Under the pieces are notes generated by a model that did not search any database, was not told the DNA's origin, and worked only from the letters and a program-made list of their open reading frames with translations. DNA of 64,000 nucleotides from Verrucomicrobiota bacterium (GTDB lineage: Bacteria > Verrucomicrobiota > Kiritimatiellia > JAHIZV01): positions 4,342-68,341 of the forward strand of contig JAHIZV010000139.1 in the NCBI GenBank assembly GCA_018814445.1, in the 5' to 3' direction. Below are positions 9,893-20,019 of this stretch, in pieces (within the stretch, counting starts at the first letter, position 1; each line of letters begins with the position of its first letter). The position numbers and the translations under genes were made by a program.

Positions 9893-11200
9893 CTACCCTC
9901 TCTCCTGCACGTACGCATGCACCCGGTCACGAATAAACTCGTAGGGTATTCTTTGCGCGACCTCGTCGTAAAATCCGTTAATCACGACCTTGCGGGCCTC
10001 ATCCTGGCTGATTCCGCGCGAGCGAAGGTAAAACAACTGGTCTTCGTCAAGATTCCCTATCGTTGCTCCGTGACTGCACTTCAGGTCATCCGCATCAATC
10101 AGCAGACCCGGGATCGTGTCGGCTCTCGCCGAATCGCTCAGAACAAGATTGTTGTTCGTCTGATACGCATCGACTTTCACCGCTCCCGGCTTCGCGACGA
10201 TAATGCCCTGGTACACGGAGTGACTCTCGTCATTCACCGCTCCCTTGTACAGAAGCCGACTGTACGTATTCGGCGACGAGTGTATCTGCAAGGTCTTCTG
10301 GTCTACGTGCTGTTCGCCGTGCGTGAAGAACAGGCCGTCCAGTTCAGCCGCGGAGCCCTCGCCCGCAACATCACACGCGATTCGGGCTTTGACCAGGCGA
10401 GAACCGAAATTGAGCCCGATCCACTCAATGGTCGCGTTTCTTTCGACGCGGGCCCAGTCGTTGGCAAGATGCGCGCTCTGATCGTTCAGCTCCTGCAGGC
10501 TGATCACCTTCAGGACAGCACCATCTTCCACATACATTTCCTTCGTCGAGACACAGATCACCGCGCTGTCCGGACTGTTCCCGGTGCATTCGACTACGGT
10601 AGCGGACGACTGCGCACCGGATGAAAGGACCAGGCGAGGGACAAATGCCCCCGCTTCCGACTCGACGTCGCAACGCACCAGAATACCCCTCTCCAAGACC
10701 ACGTTGGGCTCTATCCGGACCAGCAACCCGAAATTCCAGAACGCGGAATTGAGCGCTTCGAACTTCCCGGCTTCCTCTCCGATCGCTTTGCCGTCAAGAT
10801 ACTGTGCCATCAATCCAGGCTCCTGTTCAGCAGCTTCGGAAAGACCCATCACTTTGACTTTGCCATCGGCAAGAAGTCCCGAGGCATCCTGTACGCCGAA
10901 GCCGTCCGCCGACACGCTCACCACGATGTCGAACAGGCTGTCATTGGGTCCCGCGACATATTTTCCTGCGGGAATGACGGGCAGAAGCTGCACTTTATCG
11001 AACGGGAACATCTGCGGGCTCGTGCGGCGCCACTCCTCATCCACTGCCCTGGGAGCGGGCAGGCCGAGGTAGCGCTCAAAAGCCTTCTGCCTTGCGGCGA
11101 TGGAGGCTTCCGCGTCGGTCAGTACCAGTTGCTCGAAAGCCCCGGCATCAAACCCGGGAATGTTCTCTTCTCGTTTCTCTGCTTCCATTTGCGTGTTCAT
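9893..11200 (-). CDS. sufD: Fe-S cluster assembly protein SufD
   Basis: 435 aa SufB/D family protein, positioned after sufB. Confidence 0.8.
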   Translation of the reverse strand: MNTQMEAEKREENIPGFDAGAFEQLVLTDAEASIAARQKAFERYLGLPAPRAVDEEWRRTSPQMFPFDKVQLLPVIPAGKYVAGPNDSLFDIVVSVSADGFGVQDASGLLADGKVKVMGLSEAAEQEPGLMAQYLDGKAIGEEAGKFEALNSAFWNFGLLVRIEPNVVLERGILVRCDVESEAGAFVPRLVLSSGAQSSATVVECTGNSPDSAVICVSTKEMYVEDGAVLKVISLQELNDQSAHLANDWARVERNATIEWIGLNFGSRLVKARIACDVAGEGSAAELDGLFFTHGEQHVDQKTLQIHSSPNTYSRLLYKGAVNDESHSVYQGIIVAKPGAVKVDAYQTNNNLVLSDSARADTIPGLLIDADDLKCSHGATIGNLDEDQLFYLRSRGISQDEARKVVINGFYDEVAQRIPYEFIRDRVHAYVQERG

Positions 11201-11228
11201 AACTCACAATCCAATCCACAATCCAAAA

Positions 11229-12677
11229 TCATCCGATGCTTCCCTCAAGTTTAATTTCCAGCAGTTTCGTGGCTTCGACCGCGAATTCCAGGGGAAGCTT
11301 CTTGAATACGTCCTTGCAGAACCCGTTGACCACGAGATTGATCGCGCTCTCTTCATCAATGCCGCGGCTCTTGATGTAGAACAGTTGATCCTCGCTGATC
11401 TTGGAAGTCGTGGCCTCGTGCTCGATAATCGCCGTGCTGTCTTCCGCTTCGATATACGGCACTGTATTCGCACTGCATTTGTCTCCGACCAACATGGAGT
11501 CGCAGATCGAGTAGTTTCTGCATCCCTTCGCACCCGGAACAACCTGAACAAGACCCCGATATGTATTAACGGACTCGTCACACGATATCCCTTTGGAGAC
11601 GATCGTACTCTTCGTGTTGTTGCCGACATGAATCATCTTCGTCCCGGTATCGGCCTGCATCCGGTTGTTGGTCACGGCCACGGAGTAGAATTCACCGGTG
11701 GAGCCGTCGCCCTCAAGGATACAGCTCGGGTACTTCCACGTGATCGCCGCACCCGCTTCCACCTGAGTCCAGGAGATTTTCGATTTCCTGCCCCGGCAGT
11801 GACCGCGCTTGGTCACAAAGTTGTAGATGCCGCCCCGGCCCTTTTCATCACCCGCGTACCAGTTCTGAATGGTCGCGTACTTGATCTCCGCGTTGTCCAT
11901 CGCGATCAATTCGACCACGGCGGCGTGCAGTTGGTTGGTGTCGCGCATCGGAGCCGTGCAGCCTTCGAGGTAGGACACGTAGGCGCCTTCGTCCGCGATA
12001 ATCAGCGTGCGCTCAAACTGCCCCGTGTCCTGCGCGTTAATACGAAAGTAGGTCGAGAGTTCAACCGGACATTTCACGCCCTTCGGAACGTAGACGAAGG
12101 ATCCATCCGTAAATACCGCAGAGTTCAGCGAGGCAAAGTAGTTGTCGGTGTGCGGGACTACCGCCCCCATGTACTTCTTGATCAGATCAGGATGCTTGAT
12201 AATCGCTTCTGAAATCGGACAGAAGATAATGCCCATCTCCTCGAGCATTTCCTGATGGGATGTAGCCACTGACACACTGTCAAAGACGGCATCGACAGCG
12301 ACACCCTCCAGGCGCTTCGCTTCACCGAGCGGAATGCCTAGTCGCTCAAAGGTCTTCGAAATCTCCGGGTCTATCTCCCCGTCTTCATTCTTGAAGCGGT
12401 CAATCATCTTCTTTGGAGCCGAGTAGTAGCGGATGTCCTGATAGTCGATCTCCGGATAGTCCAGCAACGCCCATCGCGGCTCTTTCCTTGTCGTCCACCA
12501 TCTGTACGCCTTCAAACGCCACTCAAGCATCCACTCCGGCTCATTCTTCTTGGCCGAAATAAAGCGAATGATATCTTCATTCAGCCCCTTCGGAGCCTCA
12601 TCAGCTTCGATGTCAGTAACGAAGCCGTACTTGTACTCGCCGGAGGCAAATGTCTCTTTTGTTTCAATTTCACTCAT
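11229..12677 (-). CDS. sufB: Fe-S cluster assembly protein SufB
   Basis: 482 aa, strong SufB-like sequence throughout. Confidence 0.9.
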   Translation of the reverse strand: MSEIETKETFASGEYKYGFVTDIEADEAPKGLNEDIIRFISAKKNEPEWMLEWRLKAYRWWTTRKEPRWALLDYPEIDYQDIRYYSAPKKMIDRFKNEDGEIDPEISKTFERLGIPLGEAKRLEGVAVDAVFDSVSVATSHQEMLEEMGIIFCPISEAIIKHPDLIKKYMGAVVPHTDNYFASLNSAVFTDGSFVYVPKGVKCPVELSTYFRINAQDTGQFERTLIIADEGAYVSYLEGCTAPMRDTNQLHAAVVELIAMDNAEIKYATIQNWYAGDEKGRGGIYNFVTKRGHCRGRKSKISWTQVEAGAAITWKYPSCILEGDGSTGEFYSVAVTNNRMQADTGTKMIHVGNNTKSTIVSKGISCDESVNTYRGLVQVVPGAKGCRNYSICDSMLVGDKCSANTVPYIEAEDSTAIIEHEATTSKISEDQLFYIKSRGIDEESAINLVVNGFCKDVFKKLPLEFAVEATKLLEIKLEGSIG

Positions 12678-12709
12678 ATACCTGACCTCTGACTTCTGCC
12701 TTCTCTCCC

Positions 12710-13498
12710 CTAACCAACCAGTACTTCATGGCCGAATTTCTCGCGCACCCAGTCGTAGCCCTTTTCCTCAAGTTCTTTGACCAGCTCACGGCCGCCCGTC
12801 ATGACGATCCTTCCATCGATCAGAATATGGATGTGGTCGGGGTGGATATAGCGGAGGATGCGCTCGTAATGGGTAATGACGAGGACGCTGAATTCAGGGC
12901 CGACCAGTCTGTTCACACCCTTCGAGACGACCTTGAGCGCATCGATATCCAGGCCGGAATCGGTCTCGTCCATGACGGCCAGGCCCGGCTTCAGCGTGAG
13001 CATCTGCAGGATCTCCATGCGTTTCTTCTCGCCACCCGAGAACCCGTCGTTCAGATAACGATTCACAAAGGTCTCATCCATCTCGAGGTACTTCATATTA
13101 TCGCGCAGTTCCTTAAGGAACTCGGTCGGCTTAACCTTCCCGCCTTCGCCGGCAATCGCATCAACCGCGCTTTTCAGAAACTTCGCGACGGTTACGCCCG
13201 GGATGGCCACGGGGTACTGAAAGGCCAGAAATAGCCCAAGGATCGCGCGCTCTTCGGGGTCCATTTCGAGGATATTCTCTCCCTTGAAGAAAATCTCACC
13301 CGCAGTCACTTCATAGGAGGGATGCCCCATAATCACACAGGCAAGAGTACTCTTGCCGGAACCGTTGGGTCCCATCAGCGCGTGCACTTCGCCCTTGTTG
13401 ATAGTCAGGTTCAAACCCTTAAGAATCAGCTTATCCTCCACGTTAGCGTGAAGGTTCTTGATCTGAAAATACGGCATCTCACTCATAGTTCTTCTCAT
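12710..13498 (-). CDS. sufC: Fe-S cluster assembly ATPase SufC
   Basis: Walker [13 protein letters not shown] signature and Walker B; precise start ambiguous (13498, 13486 or 13477). Confidence 0.9.
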   Translation of the reverse strand: MRRTMSEMPYFQIKNLHANVEDKLILKGLNLTINKGEVHALMGPNGSGKSTLACVIMGHPSYEVTAGEIFFKGENILEMDPEERAILGLFLAFQYPVAIPGVTVAKFLKSAVDAIAGEGGKVKPTEFLKELRDNMKYLEMDETFVNRYLNDGFSGGEKKRMEILQMLTLKPGLAVMDETDSGLDIDALKVVSKGVNRLVGPEFSVLVITHYERILRYIHPDHIHILIDGRIVMTGGRELVKELEEKGYDWVREKFGHEVLVG

Positions 13499-13502
13499 TC
13501 AT

Positions 13503-13543
13503 TCGATGTTCATTGTTCGAAGTTCGATGTTCGATGTTCAAAG
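13503..13543. repeat. TTCGATG-family heptamer tandem repeat upstream of sufC
   Basis: ttcgatgttcattgttcgaagttcgatgttcgatgttcaaag. Confidence 0.8.
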
Positions 13544-13888
13544 ATCGAATCCAAGCTCCAACTTAGCTTCTTCAGACATCCGGTCCGGGCCCCAGGGGGG
13601 ATTCCAGATAACGTTCAAATTCACTGCCTTGATGCCCGGCTGTGTCTGCGCGGTCTGATCGACCTGGTACAGAAGCTGAGGACCATAGGGACAGCCCGGC
13701 GTCGTCAACGTCATATCGATATCCGCCGCGCCGTCTTTCACCCGCACATCATAGAGAAGTCCGAGATCCACAATGTTCATGTGCAGTTCGGGATCCAGAA
13801 CCGTCTTTAGAAGTTCACGTACAGCATCCTGCAGTTGTTCGTCTGTCAGCGTCTGCCCTTCCCCCTGTTCTTTCACTTCGTCCGTCAT
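13538..13888 (-). CDS. SufT/DUF59 (MIP18-family) Fe-S assembly protein
   Basis: 116 aa with a PGCP-containing DUF59 signature; located in the suf operon. Confidence 0.65.
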   Translation of the reverse strand: MTDEVKEQGEGQTLTDEQLQDAVRELLKTVLDPELHMNIVDLGLLYDVRVKDGAADIDMTLTTPGCPYGPQLLYQVDQTAQTQPGIKAVNLNVIWNPPWGPDRMSEEAKLELGFDL

Positions 13889-13916
13889 CTCCTCTTCCTC
13901 ACATTGGATCCCCCGG

Positions 13917-14345
13917 TCACCTGATCACCGGAGTGAGTCTTCTCTTCCCTCTGAACTGCCCGAGATTCATATTGTAGATGTAGGCAACAAGCTGGTCCTG
14001 CATCTGCGTGACAGGCTCCTTGATATTGCAGGTTCCATACTGCCGGCAGGCCTCAGGGTCTTCGCTGCAGGCCGCAATATGCACGGGACCGTCAATGGCC
14101 TCGATCACTTCGCCCAAGGTCATCTCATCCAGCTTCCGTGCGAGACGATATCCGCCGTGAGCCCCTGAGGTCGACTCCACGACCCCGCCTTTGGCAAGGC
14201 ACTGAAGCACTTTGCCGAGCAGTTCGCCTGGAATTCCGTATTGGTCGGACACCTCTTTGGCCGATGCCAGATTGCCCCGGCGCAGGCCGTCCATATGGAG
14301 GAGCGCCATCAGGCCATATTCAACTTTCTTGCTCAGTTTCAGCAT
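13917..14345 (-). CDS. Rrf2-family transcriptional regulator (IscR/SufR-like, three-Cys cluster ligand set)
   Basis: MLKLSKKVEYGL... HTH N-terminus; C-x5-C-x5-C (CSEDPEACRQYGTC); start at internal Met 14345, not ORF start 14534. Confidence 0.75.
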   Translation of the reverse strand: MLKLSKKVEYGLMALLHMDGLRRGNLASAKEVSDQYGIPGELLGKVLQCLAKGGVVESTSGAHGGYRLARKLDEMTLGEVIEAIDGPVHIAACSEDPEACRQYGTCNIKEPVTQMQDQLVAYIYNMNLGQFRGKRRLTPVIR

Positions 14346-14463
14346 CGCCCAGCCATCAGGGACCAAATAGGTCGCATTTACTTCCAAAAAAATAGACCGG
14401 TTCCCGATCTCTTGAGGCAATATAGCTTCCCCGTTGCGGCTGTCAAACGTTTGCGGCACGGAA

Positions 14464-15291
14464 TCAGCGGGACTCGGGCGGAGGTCCACGGTGCATATTC
14501 TCAAAGAAGGAGCGCATTGAAGTGACGTCGACAATGCCGTTCAGGTACTCAACAAACTGAACGGCTTCGTCTTCAGCGTAGCCGAAATCCAGACCTATCT
14601 CATAAAATTCCCGGTCCCGTTGCGCATCCAGCATGGGTGTCAGTTCCACGATGTTGTCCCGCATCTCGTGCATAAGTGGTCGCCGATCCTCCCGCGGGAT
14701 ATCGCCGCGAAGCTGTTCGGCAAGACTCCATGTGCGGTCGAGGAGCGTCAACATATGCTGATACTCCGCTGCTTCATCCTCGGACATGGACGACTTGTCC
14801 CGATCGAGAAAGTGAGCCGCTTTCTTAGCAAAACCTTCCCGCATGCGCTGCCTCGACTCTTCCCGCTGCTTCAGAATTTCCTGATAGCGCTCAGGGTCCT
14901 CCTCTTTGATTCGATCGAGCCAGTCGCGCCGGCTCTCCCAGCGGTTCGTGGAAACCAGCGTGATGTTCGTCTGAGACGCGCGCAGTGAATCAATACTGGC
15001 ATCGCGCTCGGAGATCACGTGCTCCAATTCGAGTATCTGATCCCGCAACTCAGCGATCAGTTCGGCATCCCCCTGATCAGACCGATTCGACTGATCAGTC
15101 GGATCAGTCGGCGCCAACATCACGGGAGTCGCCACTTGCTCGGCTCTATAAAGTTCCAACTCTCCGCGGCGAAATCGCTCTTCTTCGGCGACTCGCTTGA
15201 AGTGGTAGGCCGCGGTGGAAGCCGCGCCCAGCAGAAGCAACATCGTGAGCTCCACCACCCAATACGCTTTCACAGATCTCTTCATATGCAC
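14464..15291 (-). CDS. Hypothetical membrane-anchored coiled-coil protein
   Basis: N-terminal TM helix followed by a charged, E/R/D-rich coiled-coil-like sequence; no recognised domain. Confidence 0.4.
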   Translation of the reverse strand: MHMKRSVKAYWVVELTMLLLLGAASTAAYHFKRVAEEERFRRGELELYRAEQVATPVMLAPTDPTDQSNRSDQGDAELIAELRDQILELEHVISERDASIDSLRASQTNITLVSTNRWESRRDWLDRIKEEDPERYQEILKQREESRQRMREGFAKKAAHFLDRDKSSMSEDEAAEYQHMLTLLDRTWSLAEQLRGDIPREDRRPLMHEMRDNIVELTPMLDAQRDREFYEIGLDFGYAEDEAVQFVEYLNGIVDVTSMRSFFENMHRGPPPESR

Positions 15292-15353
15292 TCCCCGTTA
15301 CACTCTTCACAGCGTCTTGCCGACCGAAGACTGACCGCCCCACAGGAACTGTG

Positions 15354-16289
15354 CTACATCCTCTCACTGCACGACGCGCCGTAGGCGAAGCAGGAGAAGC
15401 AGCGATGATGTTTCATCATAATGCGGGCCTTCATGGCATCACTCAATGTGCTCCCGAGATCGTAGTCCGCATCATCGTCAACCAGCGTGCAGGCATAGAC
15501 CCGCATTTCTCCGTCTTTCTTCAGGACGAACTTGGTATAGTCGCACATGAAGCCGGAGCGGCTCTTCTCGGTGTGATACGTCGTCATACAGTTCTCGGTG
15601 ATCTCCGGCACGTCGGGTGTCTCTCCCGGCGTCAGAAATTCCGGAAAGCTGACGATATTGATGTCGGTCGGAACGCCGATCTCATCGAGGAACGGAGCGA
15701 ACTGCCGGTCAATCGCCTCTGCGTCTTCATCCTTCGCCCGCTGACGCGCAATCGAAACAGGAAAACCGTAGACATGAAGTCTGCGCAGGGCGTCCAGCGA
15801 CTGCCGGAACGTTCCCGGGCCCCTTCCCTGCTCGTGCTTCGTCTCATCGGGATAGTCTATGCTGACGCGAAATTTCAGCGGATGCGGCTTCTCAAGCAGA
15901 GGCAATACTTCTTCCATTCTATTCAGAAGAGGCTCGGTGCCGTTGGTAAGGACAAGACACGGGCAGTGATCCAATGCGCGGTCCAGGATTCTGACAAACT
16001 CAGGAATCACGAAGGGTTCACCGCCTGTGAACGAGAACTGCTCCACGCCCATCGACATCGCCTCGTCTATGAAAGGCTTCGCGTCATCGAACGTGATTGG
16101 GTTGATCCGGTTGTCGCCCGGTTTTGATCCTTCGAGACAGAACGGACAACGAAGATTGCAGGTTGTCCCCGTATGAAACCACAGTTCGGTCAGCTTCTCA
16201 GGCAGAATATACCCCCTGGCTTCCCCCCGTGAGGTCAGAAGCCAGTCGCTCTCTGCCTTTGAACGTTGAACGTTGAACTTCGAACTCAT
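15354..16289 (-). CDS. Radical SAM protein with C-terminal Cys-rich region (possibly ArsS/TIGR04167-like)
   Basis: CNLRCPFC (Cx3Cx2C) plus C-terminal CxxC...C cluster; start placed at ATG 16289 forming an ATGA overlap with the upstream stop. Confidence 0.65.
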   Translation of the reverse strand: MSSKFNVQRSKAESDWLLTSRGEARGYILPEKLTELWFHTGTTCNLRCPFCLEGSKPGDNRINPITFDDAKPFIDEAMSMGVEQFSFTGGEPFVIPEFVRILDRALDHCPCLVLTNGTEPLLNRMEEVLPLLEKPHPLKFRVSIDYPDETKHEQGRGPGTFRQSLDALRRLHVYGFPVSIARQRAKDEDAEAIDRQFAPFLDEIGVPTDINIVSFPEFLTPGETPDVPEITENCMTTYHTEKSRSGFMCDYTKFVLKKDGEMRVYACTLVDDDADYDLGSTLSDAMKARIMMKHHRCFSCFAYGASCSERM

Positions 16290-16957
16290 GCGCTGTACGA
16301 CGCGTTGAAAAAGCACTCTCTGTGAATCCGGGTTATGACCACTCCCTTTGCTTCAAGCCAGCGCGACACTTCATCAATCATGCTGTCGAGGCCGCACAGG
16401 TAGTAGTTGATATCATCGGCAACCGGCAGATCTTCGAGCAGACCCGTGACCCTTCCATGGAAGTAGTCGGGATGATCCTCCCGCGAAACAGCCAGGCGTA
16501 GGTCGCAGCGACCAGCGAGATAAGCCCTCTCGCACGCGTCATCCAACTTACGTACACCGTGGAGGCACTGGATAGGAGTGCGCGCGGGATCAGAGCGGAA
16601 GAACGAAAGAAACGGCGCAATCCCTGTGCCCGTGGCCACGAATACGAAGCGGTCGCCGTGTACCGGCGCTCCCGGTCGGAACCAGCCGAAAGGCGGACTG
16701 ATCTGAACCGTGTCCCCCGGTTTTCTGTCAGCGAGATACGGAGAGACTATGCCGCCTTCCATGCGGCGGATCAGAAAGCGCAGGACCTTTTCATCGGTGC
16801 CGGAGGCTATGCTGTAAGGTCTGGACGTCTTTCCATCCGCGCTGAAAAGAGCAAGACAGTCGCCCGGCACAAAAGAAATCCCGTTACGTTCGAGATCGAG
16901 CTCAAAGATCTGGTCCGAAAGCCAACGTCTTTCGCAAACTGTAAGAGATGCATTCAT
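16286..16957 (-). CDS. FNR-like FAD/NAD(P)-binding oxidoreductase (ferredoxin/flavodoxin reductase family)
   Basis: RPYSIAS FAD-binding motif and GTGIAP NAD-binding motif; 223 aa. Confidence 0.7.
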   Translation of the reverse strand: MNASLTVCERRWLSDQIFELDLERNGISFVPGDCLALFSADGKTSRPYSIASGTDEKVLRFLIRRMEGGIVSPYLADRKPGDTVQISPPFGWFRPGAPVHGDRFVFVATGTGIAPFLSFFRSDPARTPIQCLHGVRKLDDACERAYLAGRCDLRLAVSREDHPDYFHGRVTGLLEDLPVADDINYYLCGLDSMIDEVSRWLEAKGVVITRIHRECFFNASYSA

Positions 16958-17155
16958 TGATAAAGGGTAGTCGAGAGTTGTAGCTCTATCTTACTATTCA
17001 TATGCAGCGAGCGTCATCGGGAGGAGCAACTTGTCATCCATAGCTTGCAGAGCGACGGAGGAAGCGATGCGGCGATCCAGGGGAGAACGTCTGGATTGCC
17101 ACGCTCCGCCATTCGGCGAAGCTCGCGATGACAGCGTCTGGCCTGTTTCGGTAGT

Positions 17156-18172
17156 CTAAAAGAAATCGTCCCGGTGCTCCTCTCCTTCAAACTCACCCAG
17201 GTAGCGTACCTCACGCTTAAGCTCAAGATCGAACCTGTCCTTCACGGCATGTGCCATCTGTTCGACAAGATCCCTGACATCCTGCGCGGTACACCCTTCG
17301 CCCTTAACGACGATATTGGCGTGCTTCTCGAACACGCGGGCGCCGCCGACTCGCATGTCCAGTGCACCGGCCTCCTCCAGAAACCAGCCTGCCGCCTGTC
17401 GCCGTCCTGCCGCTGAGGTCGGTTCGATGTTCCGGAATATACTGCCGATACACGGGTCTACCGAGAGATCGGGGTGCTTCTCAGCCCTGATCTTCAGAAT
17501 GCGCGCGCGTTCCTCCATCTGCTTCGCGCGATCACCGTTTCCCGATGAGAAACATGCGGAAATGATCGTTTCGCCTGACTGCTGAATGTCCGAGCGCCGA
17601 TACGCGAATCCCAGCGTGGAGGCGTCTGCTTCGCGGACCGCTCCCGTTTCATCCATCAGCGTCACTGACTGCAACACATCGGCAATCTGTTCGCCCCATG
17701 CTCCCGCGTTTCCGGCAATCGCGCCGCCAACAGTTCCCGGGATGCCGGTACAGCTCATCAACCCGGAAATGCCCTCCCGGGCAGTGAACTCCGCGAGCTT
17801 GTCGAGCGGTGAGCAGGCCGTGACTTCGAAGAAATGATCCTCCCGCTCAATCGACAGCCGGTCAGAAACAAATCGAACAACGACACCGTCGTATCCGGCA
17901 TCCGAGACAAGAACGTTGGAACCGCCGCCAAGGATAACAAACTTCACGCCGGTCGTTGTCAGACTGCCGACTGTCCGGATAAGTTCATCAGGGGCACTGC
18001 ACGATATGAGACAGCGGCACGGACCACCCAGCTTGAAAGTCGTGTAACCGCTGAGCGGCGCGTTCTCGCGAATGTCTATGCCGGGGAGCAACTCTGAGAA
18101 ATCAGCCATATCGTGTTCACAAACCGCCATGCACCGGCTCACATGAAGTTCGCCCTCCAGAGATTCAGTCAT
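17156..18172 (-). CDS. murB: UDP-N-acetylenolpyruvoylglucosamine reductase MurB
   Basis: FAD-binding TFKLGGP...GGGSNVL motifs; N-terminal start uncertain. Confidence 0.8.
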   Translation of the reverse strand: MTESLEGELHVSRCMAVCEHDMADFSELLPGIDIRENAPLSGYTTFKLGGPCRCLISCSAPDELIRTVGSLTTTGVKFVILGGGSNVLVSDAGYDGVVVRFVSDRLSIEREDHFFEVTACSPLDKLAEFTAREGISGLMSCTGIPGTVGGAIAGNAGAWGEQIADVLQSVTLMDETGAVREADASTLGFAYRRSDIQQSGETIISACFSSGNGDRAKQMEERARILKIRAEKHPDLSVDPCIGSIFRNIEPTSAAGRRQAAGWFLEEAGALDMRVGGARVFEKHANIVVKGEGCTAQDVRDLVEQMAHAVKDRFDLELKREVRYLGEFEGEEHRDDFF

Positions 18173-18713
18173 CTTTCAGAAATGTTTTTGAATCTTCCTC
18201 CAGCCTCGCAAGAAGCCACAGGTAGTCCGAGAGGCGATTCATCCAGACCAGCAGATGCTGATTGCCGACAAGCCCCCCCTCGACAAGCTTAACGACCTTC
18301 CGCTCGCATCTTCGCGCCACGGTCCGTGCGTGATCAATATGCGCGGCGGCAACGGTACCCCCGGGAATGACAAAGCCCGAAGGCATGGCAACCACGGCCT
18401 CAATCGCCTCCCGCCTGCTTTCCAGAAGCCCTAGCATTTCCTCGTCCACCCGGTTCTCCAGCCGTCCGACATGTTCCTCGCCCGTGGCCAGCTCCGCCGC
18501 CACGATAAACAGATCCCGCTGAATCTCCAGAAGGGCTCCCGCGACCTCTTCGTTTCGACAAAGATTGCGGGCGACACCGAGTATGCTGTTCAGCTCGTCG
18601 ATATCTCCGTATGCATCCGTTCGCGGAGAATCTTTTGAGACAAACTCTCCGGAAAAGAGCTGAGTCTGACCTTTGTCACCGGTCTTCGTCGTAATGCTGG
18701 GCTTCTTCTCCAT
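18165..18713 (-). CDS. PduO-type ATP:cob(I)alamin adenosyltransferase
   Basis: TKTGDKGQT...DAYGDIDELNS motifs; 182 aa. Confidence 0.8.
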   Translation of the reverse strand: MEKKPSITTKTGDKGQTQLFSGEFVSKDSPRTDAYGDIDELNSILGVARNLCRNEEVAGALLEIQRDLFIVAAELATGEEHVGRLENRVDEEMLGLLESRREAIEAVVAMPSGFVIPGGTVAAAHIDHARTVARRCERKVVKLVEGGLVGNQHLLVWMNRLSDYLWLLARLEEDSKTFLKDD

Positions 18714-18764
18714 AGGACCTTAGATTCCGCCAAAGCACACGGGATGTCAACGGATACGGAAGGA

Positions 18765-18837
18765 GTTCAAAGTCCTCAGTTCAAGGTTCAAAGAGTCTCT
18801 ATGCCTCCTTTGAACTATAAACTTTGAACTTTGAACC
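18765..18837. repeat. Inverted GTTCAAA/TTTGAAC heptamer arrays in the divergent PduO/suhB promoter region
   Basis: gttcaaagtcctcagttcaaggttcaaag...ctttgaactataaactttgaactttgaacc. Confidence 0.8.
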
Positions 18838-18860
18838 TTAAGCACTAGGCTCTGAGAATC

Positions 18861-19652
18861 ATGTCTGATCCTTCTTACACAGACTACCTCGAGACAGCGA
18901 TCGCTGCCGCCCGCGCCGGCGGAGAGCACGCGTATGCCAATCAGTATCGCCGCAACGAGGTGGACGAACAGTTCGCGCATGACGTGAAACTGGTCCTGGA
19001 CCGCGAGACGCAGGCGGTCGTGGAGAAGGTCCTTCGCGACAGGTATCCGGAACACGCGATCCTGGGTGAAGAAGGCGGCGAGGCGGACGATTCGCGTCCG
19101 ACGTGGATCGTGGATCCCATCGACGGCACCGTTAACTACTTTCACGGCATGCCGATCTGGTGCTGTTCCGTCGCGATACAGGTGGACCGACGTATCGTAG
19201 CCGGAGCCGTCTATGTCCCTCCTCTGAACGAACTCTATACGGCAACGACAGATGGGCCGGCCCTTCTGAACGGCGAACCCATCGGGCCGTCCAAAGTCGC
19301 CTCACTCGCGGAGGGCATGGTGGCTACGGGTCTTTCTAAAAACGTGAGTGCCGGAGGGGTTATCGACCGGCTTACACGGCTCTCCCTGTCGGCTCAGAAG
19401 GTACGAATCATGGGTGCAGCCGCTGTCGATATCTGTCACGTCGCCTGCGGACGGGCGGATGGATATATCGACTCGGGCATCTACATCTGGGACGTCGCGG
19501 CCGCAGGACTGATCGCAGAACGCGCAGGCGCACAGGTGGAGATCATCGAATACATCGACGATATGCAGTTCCGGTATCTCTGCTCAAACGGGCTGATTCA
19601 CGATGATTTGAAGAAGATCATCACAGATCAGTATCAAGAGCCCGAAGACTGA
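18861..19652 (+). CDS. Inositol monophosphatase family protein (SuhB-like)
   Basis: WIVDPIDGT metal-binding motif and the IMPase fold signature. Confidence 0.8.
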   Translation: MSDPSYTDYLETAIAAARAGGEHAYANQYRRNEVDEQFAHDVKLVLDRETQAVVEKVLRDRYPEHAILGEEGGEADDSRPTWIVDPIDGTVNYFHGMPIWCCSVAIQVDRRIVAGAVYVPPLNELYTATTDGPALLNGEPIGPSKVASLAEGMVATGLSKNVSAGGVIDRLTRLSLSAQKVRIMGAAAVDICHVACGRADGYIDSGIYIWDVAAAGLIAERAGAQVEIIEYIDDMQFRYLCSNGLIHDDLKKIITDQYQEPED

Positions 19653-20019
19653 CCGTCACGCGAACGGAAGGCCGTTCTTTCATCGAGACCGTCACAACGT
19701 CCCACGCAACCGTCTCGCGGCCCACCTTCACAAATCCTTCTTCGCTGTCGACGTCCCACTCCCCGGCGGCGTCACCATCTTCCAGACCCAACTGCCGGCT
19801 GGTGAATGTCGATTGCGCACCAAGCGCCGCCTCTTGAAACAGCTGAGCCTGTCTCTCCGCGGTAAGCGAGCGTATGAGCGATGTGCCTACAACAGTTGCC
19901 AGCACACCGACAATCAGAAGGGCGACGAGCACCTCAATGAAGGAGAATCCGTTCTCTTTGAACTTTGAACTGAGAACTTTAAACTTAGGAATCCCCACTG
20001 GAAATATCCGCCGCATCAT
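19621..20019 (-). CDS. Minor pseudopilin (prepilin-type N-terminal cleavage/methylation domain)
   Basis: G|FSFIEVLVALLIVGVLA prepilin signature; leader overlaps the 3' end of the upstream pseudopilin gene; start codon uncertain. Confidence 0.55.
   Translation of the reverse strand: MMRRIFPVGIPKFKVLSSKFKENGFSFIEVLVALLIVGVLATVVGTSLIRSLTAERQAQLFQEAALGAQSTFTSRQLGLEDGDAAGEWDVDSEEGFVKVGRETVAWDVVTVSMKERPSVRVTVSLRALDTDL

Noticed and set aside
9413-12212. Long + strand ORFs (9413..10624, 403 aa; 11100..12212, 370 aa) antisense to sufD and sufB; similar cases at 25518..26855 (antisense to lptD), 5550..6539 (antisense to the large subunit) and 56367..57458 (antisense to moxR)
   Set aside because: Arg/Pro/His-rich, low-complexity translations typical of antisense frames in a high-GC genome. 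The opposite strands carry strongly recognisable conserved proteins.
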